This document shows positions 23,426 to 36,190 of a DNA stretch of 62,257 nt, piece after piece (position 1 is the first letter of the stretch; every line of letters begins with the position of its first letter). Source of the DNA: Negaprion brevirostris (Eukaryota). Location of the stretch: the NCBI GenBank assembly GCA_030324005.1, contig JARDVH010000073.1, forward strand, positions 27,408,775-27,471,031, in the 5' to 3' direction. Made by a program: the position numbers and the translations under genes. The notes under the pieces were generated by a model. It was not told where the DNA came from and did no database searches. It saw only the letters and a program-made list of their open reading frames with translations.

Positions 23426-26400
23426 CCATGCCTCTAACCTATTAACAGCCCCACTGTCATCAGCTAGAAAGCATAATATTACACAAGGGTATTAAATCCA
23501 TTGGAAAATTAGCCAGTACCATCACCCACAAAAACATTCTTTCTGTAGCACTAAAAACACACATTCAAATGCAGACAAATGATTTTTCTCCTTGCCACCT
23601 TAGAGGTAGTCTCCTGGAGTCAATCACCTGCCATTTATACAACAGGCACAACGGTCATTTGAAGTAGCGAAGATAAAATTCTAAGTATACATTTGTAGTG
23701 CTGCATGTAAGTTTTTTTAACATTAAAAAACAGTAAAATCATATATTTTAGCTTCATAAAAATAGTCAATGTATACAGACGAAATAACAATGCCACACAA
23801 TCCTGGCTGCGCACATCAAGATATTCCACTAGCACAAGGTTGAAAATGGAAAATAAATTTGTGGGGAAGAGGGTGGCAGTTGCTTGTTTCGAGCTACTGT
23901 CCAGGGCCAATTTCACCCCCTTAATCTTGAAATTTTAACTTCTTTTTGCGTCAATAGCTTTTTCATTAAGCTCAATCTGTCCTGGCTTCCAACCATTTGT
24001 ACCCCTAAAGTGGCAACATCTTTATCTTGCTCCTCTTAATTTTAATTCACGCAAACCCTTTCCCCTGCTCTTGTTACAATTAGATTCTGTCACAGACATC
24101 TTCAAAACAGGACCGAGAAAATGTGATTGATTAAACTAATTTAGCAGTAGGAGTGTAATAGAGAGGGAAAATGTTTGCCTTAATTGCATGCAAAATGATT
24201 ATTATTGCTGAGAGAAAACTTTTCCTTTCCCTCTCTAAAGAAGAATTTTTTAAAAATATACATTGAGAAAGTAAACAGATAAAAAAAACTGGATCAATAT
24301 TAATTTAACTTCTGAAGGTGAAAGACAGCAACATGGAAATCCATACAGAAATGTTAACCAAATCATTGCCGTTTATATTTTAATCTTGATATTTTAGCGA
24401 TATTTAATAGTGATATTTTAATTATTTTTCAATCATTTCTTGTTAGGTAAATTTATTGACAAATGATTTGAGCCCTCCTTTGGTTCAGTTTGATAACAGT
24501 AAGAAGTCCTTGAGATGTTCGGGAACTTTACTGGTGCGCTTTGGTTCATGTCTACAGTTGCCAATCCTACACATTTTGCTGACAACACTGCAATGATAAA
24601 TCTATCAACAATTATTTAAACTGTTCAACATATGTGTGTGCACACAAAACATGGCATAACTGACACTTTAGTTGTTTCCATTATTCATTAGGTATGCAAT
24701 CATTGTCCTCGTGAAAATCTCTCCTTATTGAGAAGGGAGAAGAGCTGTTTTGTCAGTCTGACTTAATGCCAAGAAGACTTGATAATGCAACTTGATGTGA
24801 CATGTCATCAGATTGTGCATTTGTAAACAAAAAATGTTTTTCAAAAGCTCTTTCTGTGAAGATGCTGCTCTTTTAACAGCCATATTTCGTGGAATTTTGT
24901 ATTTCAGTGCATCATTTACCATCACTTTTGTGATGTTCTGCTAATATTTCCATGAATGTCCTCTCAACATGTTTATGAAAACGCCTTTGCATTTTCCAAC
25001 ATTACTTCCATATTAACAGTTTGGTACTCCACTTTTCCAAGTTAAAAAACATTAAGATAGTGTACACATATAACCCCTATAAATCAAATTCTTCTGCATA
25101 GATCAGAATATTTAATTAACAGTTATATAGAAACAGTAGTATTTTCACAGATCAATAATGCAGGTTAAAAATGATTATTTCATTCAAGTTATTTCATGAT
25201 CATACATGCACGGTGTCTCAGCCAGAAAAGAATATTCATTTTTGAGTAAAAGGTTACTTTTTCATAATCTTTAGTTACAAGATGTAGGCAAGAGTATACT
25301 ATAAAACTATGTTTTTTTAACATAAAGACAGTTCTCAAATTAAATCAAAAATGCATTGTGAACAATCATACGTACATTGCCATATAAGTTACAATATCTC
25401 CTCAAAGATAACTACTATATTTTACATTTCAAAGTCTCGATCGTTGTAATTAATCTTAGAGCTTTCAGACCGTCTACCAAAGTGACAGGAGTACTATATG
25501 CACAAGATTGAATTTTCCCCTTCCTAAACAACTTGAATTCGAAGGTTACTTAGTGTTACAANNNNNNNNNNNNNNNNNNNNNNNNNNNNNNNNNNNNNNN
25601 NNNNNNNNNNNNNNNNNNNNNNNNNNNNNNNNNNNNNNNNNNNNNNNNNNNNNNNNNNNNNNNNNNNNNNNNNNNNNNNNNNNNNNNNNNNNNNNNNNNN
25701 NNNNNNNNNTCATGCTATCTCTTGCAGCTGCAATTGTGAATTAAACATGCCTTACTGCATATTATACTTCTGGACAAATTGTGCTCCCATGAATACTCAT
25801 AGAACTTCATGTTTTTACATCTACTACTGACCAGTACAGTGAGCTTGCTTTACGTATATATTCCATTTAAAAATCATTATTTATTGTTTACTGACATGTG
25901 CAGCTGCCATTATGTGATCCATTCATTAAACTAATGTTTAGAACTGTAGCCAATATAATGAAAACAGCACTGATCTGGTCAACAAGCTTTTAGAGTCTGT
26001 TTATAGAACATTGCAAAATATTTGTTGAGTGGTGAAGTGTATTAGCTTTGTTGGTCTAATGTAGCTGTGTGTGTCACCATGTGCATTGTTTGAGCTATTA
26101 TTCTTTATTTCTTTTAAGCACAGCAGTTTATTTTTAACATTGTCTTTATTTCATTAGTTGTAGAAAGCAGTCCAAACCACCATAACAAAAAGCAAAACAG
26201 ACTGAAGTTATTAGATATAGTTTTTAGGATTTATTCCAACAAAATATGAAATCATTAATGCAGGATGACTATTTAAATAATGAAATGTCTTAAACTTTAA
26301 AATTAGAAGACACAGGGTTTGTTATGTTGGTGAAACAAGTTGATCATTGATTGGTAATAAATAGAATTGATGCACTTCAGGTTATGTCTCAACATTCTCT

Positions 26401-26599
26401 ACTTGCACTCACCACCAAAGGCAGCTACTATAATCAGCCCAGCTTCTGAACTGAAAGCTAACATTATATATACAATAAACACGATATGGCGCAGCTGAGG
26501 ACAAGTAGTTACCCTTTTACCACTAAATTATATCAGAAACAGTCATATCCAGTATGTGATTCTGACCCTTCTAACAGGTGGAAGAAACACGCTTCCAGA

Positions 26600-27345
26600 T
26601 GGGGTATTTTGTGGAGGTGACATGGGTCTTGTCCACTGGCTGGACCACCAGTGAGGTGCTGACCTGCCCTCTTTTTGGGAAGGCCCATCACATCACATGT
26701 CACTCAAGCACTTAACAGACCCAACAACAAGACATATCCAGGATCAATAAGCCAAGGGCAGAAGTCCCACCTGCTGACAGTTGCCTGAGAGTTTAGCAGC
26801 ACTTCTGTCCTCAGCTGCATCAGCAGGGAGGCAGTGGCTACTAGTGGTCTGACACCCGAGGCAGATCACCAAGGGACCCAAGCACAGATGATTGATGGTA
26901 GGTAGGGGGCTCATGGAGTGGGTGTTGCAGGGATGGGGAGAGGGAGGAAGGTGATTAGCAGCAAGGGCAGAGGATGGTTTCCAGAGATCCGATCACCATT
27001 CCAATTTCAGGCCCTTGATCAGGTACTGAGTTTCTTCAACCAAGAAACCTCCCGGGAGTCCACAAGCAAACCCACACTGGTTTGTCTGTCATTCTCCTTG
27101 CATGGCAAATCCCCCACCCACTGCAGGATTAATGGCGGTAGGATGAGGCTTTTAACAGAACATTATTTGCCCACTTGAGGGTCTCAATTGGCAGCAGAGT
27201 TGGAAGGCCATTCATGGAATTTCCTGACAGACTTAATCAGGATGAAGGCAACAAGGTGGTGAGGTCCCCACCTTCCACCCTCCTGCCTAATTAAATACCC
27301 CACCATCACCAAACCTGCTATGGGAAAAGGCATAGAATTATTCCC
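26600..27345. mobile_element. Decayed GC-rich DNA-transposon-like insertion
   Basis: Sharp GC island in AT-rich flanks; weak terminal inverted similarity (ggggtattttgtg / catagaattattccc). Confidence 0.38.
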
Positions 27346-28959
27346 TATAATTTTAAACAAAACTCTAAATTGCTTATTAAAAACATATAGAAGAAAAATA
27401 CATCAATTAATAAACAAGAATACTGGTTAACTTAAAAAAGTTTCAAAACAATAAAAGTTCCAAATATTAGCACTTCAAAGGAGAACCTTTGAACATTAGT
27501 CCTAGGTGACAATCATGATGTGTGAAATAATTCCTCACCATGTTCTTTTTCATACTCAACATGTGTAATGGCACAGCCTGATATATATTAAATATATACA
27601 CACATACATACACACTGCACAATGGAAAATGTTGAAATCAAATGTATCCATTACAACTAATTTCAATTGTCCCATTTCATTTTTTTCCCCACAATATGGT
27701 TGTAAATTAAACTTTAATAAACTACTAGCTGAGCAAATAAAATATTTGATTGAAACCAATTAATTTATTTTCAAAATATAGTTGGCAAATATATCATTGT
27801 GGTTTCCCAGCCTCACTAAAAATTCATAAAGTTAAATAGAGCAACATTTTATGATCTGACTTACGATGGAATCTTGTATCGGTCACAAACCCTCAATCAG
27901 GATGATGGTTCTTGATTTTGCATCAATTATGTATGCTTGTGAGAACCATTTTCATTGTTGTGTATGAACTGCCCAAAGCAATGTTGAAAAGTTTGTCCAG
28001 TCTCAATATTCCACTTAAAATTCTACTTGGGAGATATATTTCCCTTCCAGTTAACATCTCCTGCAGCCTGTGATCTGGCATTTTTTTTAGACACCACAGG
28101 ATTGGTGTGCATTCCCTATATACCCTTTTGGTTAAATGTCCTTGATCAGGCAAGGCACACTACACTCTACTGGCAAAAGAGCTGTGAATTGAACAAATCT
28201 GATGACTTGTCCCCGATTAACCAATTTCACGTTAACGTGATTAAATGGCTCAGTAATCAGATTGCTGCAAGGTCAGTGCATTCCACCTGTCTTCACATGG
28301 CTCCTCATATGTGAAAACATAACGTTGAAACCTTCTGAATTTTGCCTGCCTGATACCACCCATAGAAAACTCGTGAAATTCTAGTGGTTGAATTTCTAGT
28401 ATTTCTGCCAGAATTTCTACTAGTATTTCAGGTTCTACTACCTGAAGAACAACGATAGCAGCTTTCCTTCCACCAGCCAGTCTGTTGCTCCCATGTGCAA
28501 TGCTACTACAATGAGAGCCAGCTATGTAGCACGGCACTGACTGTTTCTTTTGGCCTAACTCAGTCAATATTAATTTGGCCACCACCTTCTCAATAATTCA
28601 GTCACCACCTAATTGAACATCAAATCATGTATATGTTAAAGCCACTAACCAGAGTGGATGCCTATGTCAGACAAATCTACCCTTCTCAGCAATCATAAAT
28701 AAATAGCCTTTATACATGAGGAAGTACCTGGTCATTCTAACATCAGACACATACTCGATAGTCGGCCACTTATTCTCTGTGATGAGATGTAATTGTCATA
28801 TCAAATTCTCTGCATTTGGTGTTAGTGTAAGGCCAGTGATGTCTAATGACAGTACTCAATCTCCCTAGTAATGTGCAAACCTTAGTTTAGATAGTATCTG
28901 CTTTGTGCCTCCACTCACTGTACATTCTTATTCATTGTTGAGATGCAAGCATGGCGGGC

Positions 28960-29250
28960 AAGGGTGTTTTTTAATCACCTGCCTTTATTTCTAGGCCACT
29001 TTGATAAGCAGTCAGGCATTAACCATACTGGTGGGGGTCCTGGAGTCATGATAGACAACAGAACATGTAATAACAACAGATTTTCATTTCTAAGTGGCAA
29101 TGAACAATTTGGGTTGCCACAACAATTCAACAGCTTTGTGGTCACTTTAAACGATACCAACTTGTTATTTCCAGGTTTTCATTCGCACAACAATAAACCC
29201 TAAAAGGTGGGAACTCCAACCAACCTCTGGATAAAAAAAAAATCAGTGGA
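28960..29250 (-). mobile_element. Old copy of the 1943-type SINE
   Basis: ctggagtcatgatagac...cagattttcatttctaagtggcaatgaac is a diverged reverse complement of 1943-2010. Confidence 0.55.
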
Positions 29251-29344
29251 TCTGGCTGGTCAAATGTGAAAATTGACATAGGAATGTTGTGCCCTCTGCC
29301 ACATTGCTGCCATTTTTACTTGTTGACCTTGGCAGGCAGGGAAT

Positions 29345-29440
29345 GAGGGTATATGTTTAAGGTAGGTCAGGTGTTTCTCACGCGTTGGTGCAGACTCAAT
29401 GGGCCGAAGGGCCTCTTCCGCACTGTGTGACTTTGTGATA
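29345..29440 (+). mobile_element. CR1 3' tail
   Basis: ggtgcagactcaatgggccgaagggcctcttccgcactgtgtgactttgtga. Confidence 0.72.
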
Positions 29441-29514
29441 ATAAAATGTATTCTGCTGATGGTAACGAATTAGATCAACTATTCACTGGCCTTGTATTTA
29501 ATCAGATTGTCATA

Positions 29515-29805
29515 TAAACATACGAGAAAAGAGGAGAGTAGGCCATTCAGCCTCTTGAGTCTGTTCCTCCATTTAATAAGATCTTGGCCTATCTGATAAT
29601 AGTCTTATATCTGCATCATTCCTATCCTCAACAACCTCTAATCCTCTTCCCACGCCCTTCTTGCTTACCAAGATTCCATCCCACCTTTGCCTTAAAAATA
29701 TTGGAAGGCTCTGCTTCCACAACCTATTCGGGAAGAGAGTACCAAAGACTCAACTCTAGCCGAAAACATTTTACCTGAAATCGGTCTTAAATAGGCAATC
29801 CCTTG
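29515..29805 (-). mobile_element. CR1 3' end
   Basis: gagtaggccattcagcctcttgagtctgttcc...gcttccacaacctattcgggaagagagtaccaaagactc is the reverse complement of the CR1 ORF2 end and UTR. Confidence 0.8.
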
Positions 29806-29974
29806 TCGCAATTAATTCAAGTGCAAGACAGTTCTAATCCTTCTTTTGCTCCAACATGTGCACGCATTGAGTCTACAGTTGCTGATGCTCTGTTGTTTTG
29901 ATCTCTTCACATTATTGTCCTGTTCCTTTGCAGTCTCCAGTTTAATAATTTCTAACTAATATACTAGAATTATC

Positions 29975-30512
29975 GACTCCCCAAAGCCTGCCCACCATCT
30001 GCAAGGCACAAGTCAGGAGTGTGATGGAATATTGTCCTGCCTGGATGATTTGGATGAGTGCAACTCTAACAACACTCAAAATGCTTGATACCAGCCAGCA
30101 CAAAAAGCAGCCCACATGATTGGCACCCCATTCACCACTAACACACAGTGGCAGCAGTGTGTGCTAGCTACACGATGCACTGCAAGAACTCACCCAGTCT
30201 CCTTAACCAGCAATTTCCAAACCCATGGTTACTCTTATTATGGCAAGAGCAGAGACACCTAGCAATACCAATTTGGAAGTTTCCCTCCATTCCCCTCACC
30301 TTTCTCACTTTGAAAAATATTGCCTTCACTTGCCACCAGATCAAAGTCTTGGAACTTCCCTCTCTGACAGCACTTTCGGTGTACCTACACCACAGGGACT
30401 GCAGATGTCCAAAAGGTAGCCCACCACCACACTGTTATCAAGGGCAACTGGTGATGGGCAATAAATGCAGTTCTATCCAGTGAAAACCACATCCCATGAA
30501 TGAATTTTTAAA
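29975..30512 (+). mobile_element. CR1/L2-group LINE, second family, 5'-truncated 3' end
   Basis: Translates as SLPTICKAQVRSVMEYC...TLKMLDTSQHK...VAAVCASYTMHCKNSPSLL...PTPQGLQ with frameshifts; UTR ends ccacatcccatgaatgaat. Confidence 0.82.
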
Positions 30513-30759
30513 ATGTTCTTTCCTTTAAGGTGTTGTTAACTACAACTATGTTTTGGCATTGAATCTGTTTGGAATCAGTTTCTGAACTTCTTGTCATAGT
30601 GATCATTATTCACTTTTGGTAATTTAGATCAAATCTTGAACAACTAGTTTTTTGCCTGATAGTCATATTCATCCTAGAGGTGCCATCAACAGTGAACTCT
30701 TTACGAAAATGCTTTATTCATGCTTGTCAATAAAGAACCTCTGATAAATCAGAAACATA

Positions 30760-30880
30760 GGCAGGAATTCTCCAGCCATTCACTTCCTGCTGCCGCTACC
30801 AATGAGAGTGGAGAATTTGGCACTCAGCCAAATCTCCATTCCCTGTAACGGGACCAGAGAATCCCAACTGCGGGCTGGCC
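30760..30880. mobile_element. GC-rich MITE fragment
   Basis: Starts ggcaggaattctccagcc; internal ggagaatttggc / gccaaatctcc hairpin. Confidence 0.5.
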
Positions 30881-30887
30881 CATGATA

Positions 30888-31050
30888 TGTGGTAGTTTTG
30901 GGTTTACACAAAGAACTTTATTGAAAGGATGCTAACACCACAGGCTACCAGTGACATTTTCAATGAGGTCACATGATTGGTCTCAAGTAGTCCCTGTTTT
31001 GCTGCAAAGCTGCTAGTGAGAAATATGTCAAATAACATGAATACACAACA
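30888..31050 (-). repeat. 3' LTR of the Gypsy element
   Basis: TG...CA ends; shares tttattgaaagg, tgattggt, gcaaagctgctagt and atgaatacac/taaca with 35829-36017. Preceded on minus by the polypurine tract agagagaggaaag (31051-31063). Confidence 0.8.
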
Positions 31051-31499
31051 CTTTCCTCTCTCTATAATTCAAAGGTTCCTGACATCAATAACAGTATAAC
31101 ATTATCAATATAAACAGTTAATAAATAACAACAGTCAATAGGTCAGATGTTCTGGGGTTGTCACTCTGTTGGGTTGTTGGTGAACCTCAGGCATCTGCTT
31201 TCTGGTATTTACTGCAACTTCTGGCTCTATGGCTTGGTTTGGATATTGTCCATGGTTGTCTCAACTGGAATTGACAATGTTCTGGGGTTGACTCGGTGTT
31301 GAAGTGTTCTCAACTGGGGTACTGCCTTCTCCAATTGGTCCATCAGCGTTCCCATGCAGATTTGACAGATAATACTTTGTGTAATTGTGTAAACTGACAA
31401 CAGCAGTGTCCACACTTCTGCATCCTGCTTGCTTCCAGTGATGGAATCCCAGGATGGAGGTCCAAAAATCGCTGTTAGTGGTAAAAGTAAATTGCCCTC

Positions 31500-31780
31500 A
31501 ATGCAGGAATTGATAAAAAGGTTTCATTCTCCATCTGTGCATAATTGATTTATGCTTTATTCAAGGACCTTGATGCAAAAGCAATCAGTTTCTCTTCACT
31601 TGTGGGCATTGTGTGGGGAGCCACCATCCCACAACCTGATGCTTCACATGCCAGATGCAAGGGTAAATTTGGATCAAAGTGTGTCAGGATTTCTGACTTC
31701 AGTAGTGCCTTCTTTACTTATACAAAGAACTAACCCAACTATTTCCATTTTCAGTTTAGACAATAAATTATGAAAGGGTT
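31500..31780 (-). pseudogene. Gypsy pol RNase H remnant
   Basis: Minus strand reads ACEASGCG...MPTSEEKLIAFASRSLNKA*INYAQMENE, matching the ACDAS...EKPIAFASRSL...NYAQIEKE motif. Confidence 0.8.
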
Positions 31781-31789
31781 TAAGAATGG

Positions 31790-33117
31790 TTTGATTTGAT
31801 TGATTGTCACATATATTAGTGTACAGTGAAAAGTTTTGTTTCTTGCATGCTATACAGACAAGGCATACTGTACATAAAGAAGGAAAGGAGAAAGATCAGC
31901 TCAATCCAAGGTAGGTCCACTCAAAAGTCTGATGGCAGCAGGGAAGAAGACAGTTGGTACGTGACTATGGACTTTTGTATCTTTTTTCCTGATAGAAGGT
32001 GGAAGAGAGAATGTCTGGGGTGCATGGGATCCTTGATTTTGCTGGCTGCTTTGCTGAGGCAGCAGGAAGTGTAGACAGAGTCAATGGATGGGAGGCTGGT
32101 TTGCACGATGGATTGGGCTACATTCATGATCTTTTGTGGTTTCTTGTGGTCTTAGGCAGAGCAGGAGCCATACCAACCAGAAAGAATGTGCATCTGTAAA
32201 AATTGGTGAGAGTCGTAGCTGACATGCCAAATTTCCTTAGTCTTCTAAGATCCAAGAAAATTACAGCACAGGAACAGGCCCTTCGGCCCTCCAAGCCTGC
32301 ACCAACTATGCTGCCTGACTGGACAAAAACCACCTATACTTCCGGGGACCATATCCCTCTATTCCCATCCTATTCATGTATTTGTCAAGACGCCCCTTAA
32401 AAGTCACAATTGGATCTACTTCCACTACCTCCCCCGGCAGTGAGTTCCAGACACCCACCACCCTCTGTGTAAAAATATCTCGTACATCGCACCTTCAACC
32501 TATTCCCCTAATAATTGACTCTTCCACCCTGGGAAGAAGCTTCTGACAATCCACTCTGTCCATGCCCCTCATAATCTTGTGGACTTCAACCTCCAGTGAG
32601 AACAAACTAAGTTTCTCCAATCTCTCAAAGCTAATGCCAGGCAACATACTGGTAAATCTTTTCTATACGCTCTCCAAAGCTTCTGGTAGTATGGTTACCA
32701 GAAGTGAACACTAAATTTCAAGTGCGGCCTAACTAAGGTTCTACAAAGCTGCAAAAGAGAAAGTAGAGACATTGGTGGGCTTTCTTAACTATAGTGTCGG
32801 CACAGGGGGACCAGGACAGTTTGTTGGTGATCTGAACACCTTAAAAACGTGAAGCTTTTGATGGTTTCTACTGATATAGACAGGGGCATGTTCTCCTCTA
32901 TGCTTTCTAAAGTCGATGACAATCTCCTTTTTTTTGTTAACGTTGAGGGAAAGATTATTGTCGTCACACCAGTTCGCCAGTTTCTCTATCTCACTCCTGT
33001 GTTATGCCTCATTGTTTGAGATCTAACCCACTACAATGGTGTCATCAGCAAACTTGAAAATCAAATTAAAGGGGAATTTGGTCCAACAGTCATAGATGTA
33101 TGAATATAGTAGGGGGC
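31790..33117 (-). mobile_element. Rex1/Babar LINE 3' part (copy 1), interrupted by CR1
   Basis: ORFs read KFPFNLIFKFADDTIVVG, RLRKFGMSATTLTNFYRCT and AQSIVQTSLPSIDSVYTSCCLSKAASKIKDPMHPRHSLFHLLSGK; 3' end ttttcactgtacactaatatatgtgacaatcaatcaaatcaaa. Confidence 0.88.
32251..32755 (-). mobile_element. CR1 3' end nested in Rex1
   Basis: ttacagcacaggaacaggcccttcggccctccaagcctgcacc tail plus CR1 ORF2 end; Rex1 sequence resumes in register at agagaaagtagag. Confidence 0.85.
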
Positions 33118-33192
33118 ATGCTACGGTGCAGAGGGACCTGGGGGTCCTTGTGCATGAGTCGCAAAAACCCAGCCTGCAGGTGCAGCAGGTGA
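33118..33192 (+). mobile_element. CR1 ORF2 fragment running into a gap
   Basis: ATVQRDLGVLVHESQKPSLQVQQV. Confidence 0.8.
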
Positions 33193-33292
33193 NNNNNNNN
33201 NNNNNNNNNNNNNNNNNNNNNNNNNNNNNNNNNNNNNNNNNNNNNNNNNNNNNNNNNNNNNNNNNNNNNNNNNNNNNNNNNNNNNNNNNNNN

Positions 33293-33518
33293 TACCTCCT
33301 TTGTTTCACTGACATTGAGGGAAAGATTATTGTCGCTGCACCAGTTTACCAGATTCTCTATTTCTTTCCTGTACTCAGCCTTGTCATTGTATGAGATCCA
33401 GCCCACAATGGTGGTATCACAGCAAACTTGAAAACCGAGTTGGAGGGGAATTTGGCCACAGTCATCAGTGTATAAGGAGTATAGTAAGGGGCTGATGACT
33501 CAGCCTTGTGGGGTAGCC
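33293..33518 (-). mobile_element. Rex1/Babar RT fragment (copy 2)
   Basis: GWISYNDKAEYRKEIENLVNWCSDNNLSLNVSETKEV and AKFPSNSVFKFA; diverged homolog of 32925-33115. Confidence 0.85.
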
Positions 33519-33519
33519 A

Positions 33520-35450
33520 AGTTAGGGACAAACATTCCATAATAAATTTAGTAGGGCCAAGAAGATCAAAGGTGATTGATATTTTGAAGTGTAGATGTTT
33601 GATCAAAGATTAGAAAATTTTACATGTGTCTTGCAGGACTCTCAATCTTCTAATCTCTGGAGTGTGGATCCAGAATGTGGGAATGTTCTTCCTCATTCTT
33701 TCCAGTTACTAAGATATTGTCTAAGTTACAGTGGACTCCTTATAATTTGCTTCAAGTTTGATACATTGCATGTTGGAATAACACAGGTGTGGACGTGAAG
33801 CCAAATGGTAGTCTTTTGTATTGAAATAACCTTTGTGTGTCACGATTGTCAAAAACTGTTGTGAATCTGGATTCCTGTTCATCTGACTGAGGTCAATTTT
33901 ACTGAAGTGTTGGCCTCCAGCCAACCCAATAAATAACTCATCAGAGGCAAAGGATATGGTTCCAGACAGTACAGGATTGATATTGACTTTTAAATCACCA
34001 CAAATGCAAACCAATCCATCTTCCTTCATTACGTGTACAATCAGTGTGGCCCAATCACTCATTAACAGGTTGAGGACTCCCATTTTGACCAGCCTCTCCG
34101 ATTCTGCCTGTACTATAGGTCTGATTGCATACGGCACATAGCCTTTAAGCATCATGCCTAACTTTTGTTCTTATTCATTAACTTAACTGAGATATCCATC
34201 AGCTCACCACTGAAGACAACGGTATGTGTCTTCAAGATCTTTGGTAGGCCTGATCTTGAGAATCTGCACTGAGATTTACTTCAGCCCAAATTAATCTGAT
34301 CTTTTCCTGCCAGGTTCTTCTTCTTAGTTCTGGATAATTTCCTTTAACCATGTACAAGGACAAATCTGCACTGTCCATTCAACTGCACAATTACATGAAT
34401 GCAGCTCCGCAATATAATCACTTCTCTTGTATAGGGTTTTAACACTATTTCTGAGTGTTTCAGGGCAATATGTCGAAGCTTTCCTTGGTAAACAGTTTAT
34501 TTTATCAATGAAACTGCAATTCCTATATCCACCTCCATTTTCACTAATTATCCATCCAGTAAAGGAGTGACCCAGTGATGGTTTGTTGCAGTGCATTTAA
34601 TGAATGTTCATCTTTGGACTGTGACTCAAGTCCTTTTTCACATCCTTTGACTACGTGGATACTTTCCCCCATTTGTCTTTCTGTTTGAAGCATTTGGCTT
34701 TTGGTTTTTGTTAATCTGACCTGAAATTAGTTTCTTCTTCCAACAAGCACGTTTGATGTGGCTTTTTTGACACAATTCCTGCACATGTTGTCTTTGGACC
34801 AATCTGCTGTTGAGTGCCTGGATTTTGCAATTTTATGTCCACCAGATAGCAATTGTGGAACTGCTTATGTTTGACCAACATTTTCTGAATTCTTGTGCTC
34901 AAACTCAACTGTTGAGCTTCTATAGCTGTTAATTCCATGGATGCAGCAACTTTCAAAGCTTTCCTTTGGGTTAGGTTGTGTTCTGTTAACAATCAACTTT
35001 GAATAGCCTCATTCTTTTAGCCATAGACTAATCTCTCTCTAATGGTGTCGTTCGAGACGTCCCCAAATTCACAGTTTCAGCTAGTGTCTTCAAAGTAGCT
35101 AAAAACTGTATGATCCATTCACCTTCTTGTTGATTACACCTATGGAACCTAAATCTTACAATAATGACCAAAGATTTTGGTGACTAGTGGCCCTGTAATA
35201 TTTTCACCATTTCATGCTTGGCTTTTCCAGCTCTACAAGACATCACAGGAGGTTAAAGGTCACCCCGCCACCTATGCTCAGGAAAGATGAAACTAATGTC
35301 TCTGCCATTATTTTGTTCACTCGGACAAGATAGTTGAAGTCTTCTGTAAATGAGCTCCATCACTTTGTAGTCTCATCAAAAAGTCCAGGGTGCCAAAAAC
35401 TCTTGCCATTTTTACTGTGGAAAGGGTCTACAGGATCACAATGGACCACA
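33520..35450 (-). pseudogene. Gypsy gag-protease-RT remnant
   Basis: gag (LTEHNLTQRKALKVAASME); frameshifted zinc knuckle CRNCVKK(G)HIKRAC near 34745-34785; protease VKMEVDIGIAVSLI near 34500-34550; RT VPYAIRPIVQAESERLVKMGV...SDWATLIVHVMKEDGLVCICGDLKVNINPVL...LAGGQHFSKIDLSQ. Many stops and frameshifts. Confidence 0.88.
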
Positions 35451-35828
35451 AATTTTCAGCACTATCTTCCTTCTTTTCTCCCCAGAACAAGGCAAACTCA
35501 AGCTCAGCAGGCCTTCCTTTGTGTTTTAGAATACCCCCTGTTGTTGCAGGGTATTTGCTATCCAGGATGTTCCCAATGTTGCTGCAGATCTTTTAAGTCA
35601 GAGCACTTGACAAGCTCCTTTTGAAAGTTGCTTTCTCTTTGATTATTTTTTGGTTCCTCCAATGGCTGCAACCACTGCTCGGCACGCCTCCATCACCAGT
35701 TTTCATGTAGCGATGATTTTAATCATCGACTCTTTTGTTGAATGTCTACAATGCTGTTGGACTTTTTCAGGTCTTTTCTTTTGGATGGCTGCAAGTTGGT
35801 CTGAGCATCTTGTCACCAGTTTTCTATC

Positions 35829-36017
35829 TGATGGTTTTAAAAGATAGGTTGAAGGCCTCGAAGGTTTATTGAAAGGCTGCAAAGATAGGCTGCCTGTTTG
35901 CCCATGCAAACAACCAATGACATCATCAGTGACGTTGTGATTGGTTTCTTAACGTGCCCCTGTTCCACGGCAAAGCTGCTAGTAAGGAAACACTGGAAAT
36001 AATATGAATACATAACA
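35829..36017 (-). repeat. 5' LTR of the Gypsy element
   Basis: Homologous to 30888-31050; followed on minus by the PBS-like tggtgacaag (plus cttgtcacca, 35809-35818). Confidence 0.78.
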
Positions 36018-36024
36018 AATATTA

Positions 36025-36190
36025 TTCACTTATTGAATATGACATGGAAACTTGCTGTGGGCAAATTGGCTGCCATACTTCCTACATTACACCAGTGATA
36101 AGACTTCAAAAAACACTTCATTCTGTAAGCATTCTATGATGTCTGGTGGACTTAAAAAGCGCTATTAAATTGAAAATTTCCCTTCCTTTT
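36025..36190 (+). mobile_element. DeuSINE-like (SacSINE1/AmnSINE1-related) 3' part
   Basis: cttgctgtgggcaaattggctgccatacttcctacattacaccagtga...cttcaaaa...aaaagcgctattaaattg resembles the Deu domain and tail. Confidence 0.7.

Larger units (their letters stand above)
30888..36017 (-). mobile_element. Decayed Ty3/Gypsy LTR retrotransposon with both LTRs
   Basis: Two diverged direct repeats, PBS-like site, PPT, and gag-PR-RT-RNase H remnants in order on the minus strand; near-TSD gata (30884-30887) / aata (36018-36021). Confidence 0.88.

Noticed and set aside
27865-28015. Possible minus-strand exon ending at a GTAAGT donor
   Set aside because: No convincing acceptor, stops in all frames over the interval, and no recognisable protein.
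28250-28585. 111-aa minus-strand ORF with an EIL repeat
   Set aside because: No recognisable domain; the repeat comes from a short degenerate gaatttcta tandem.
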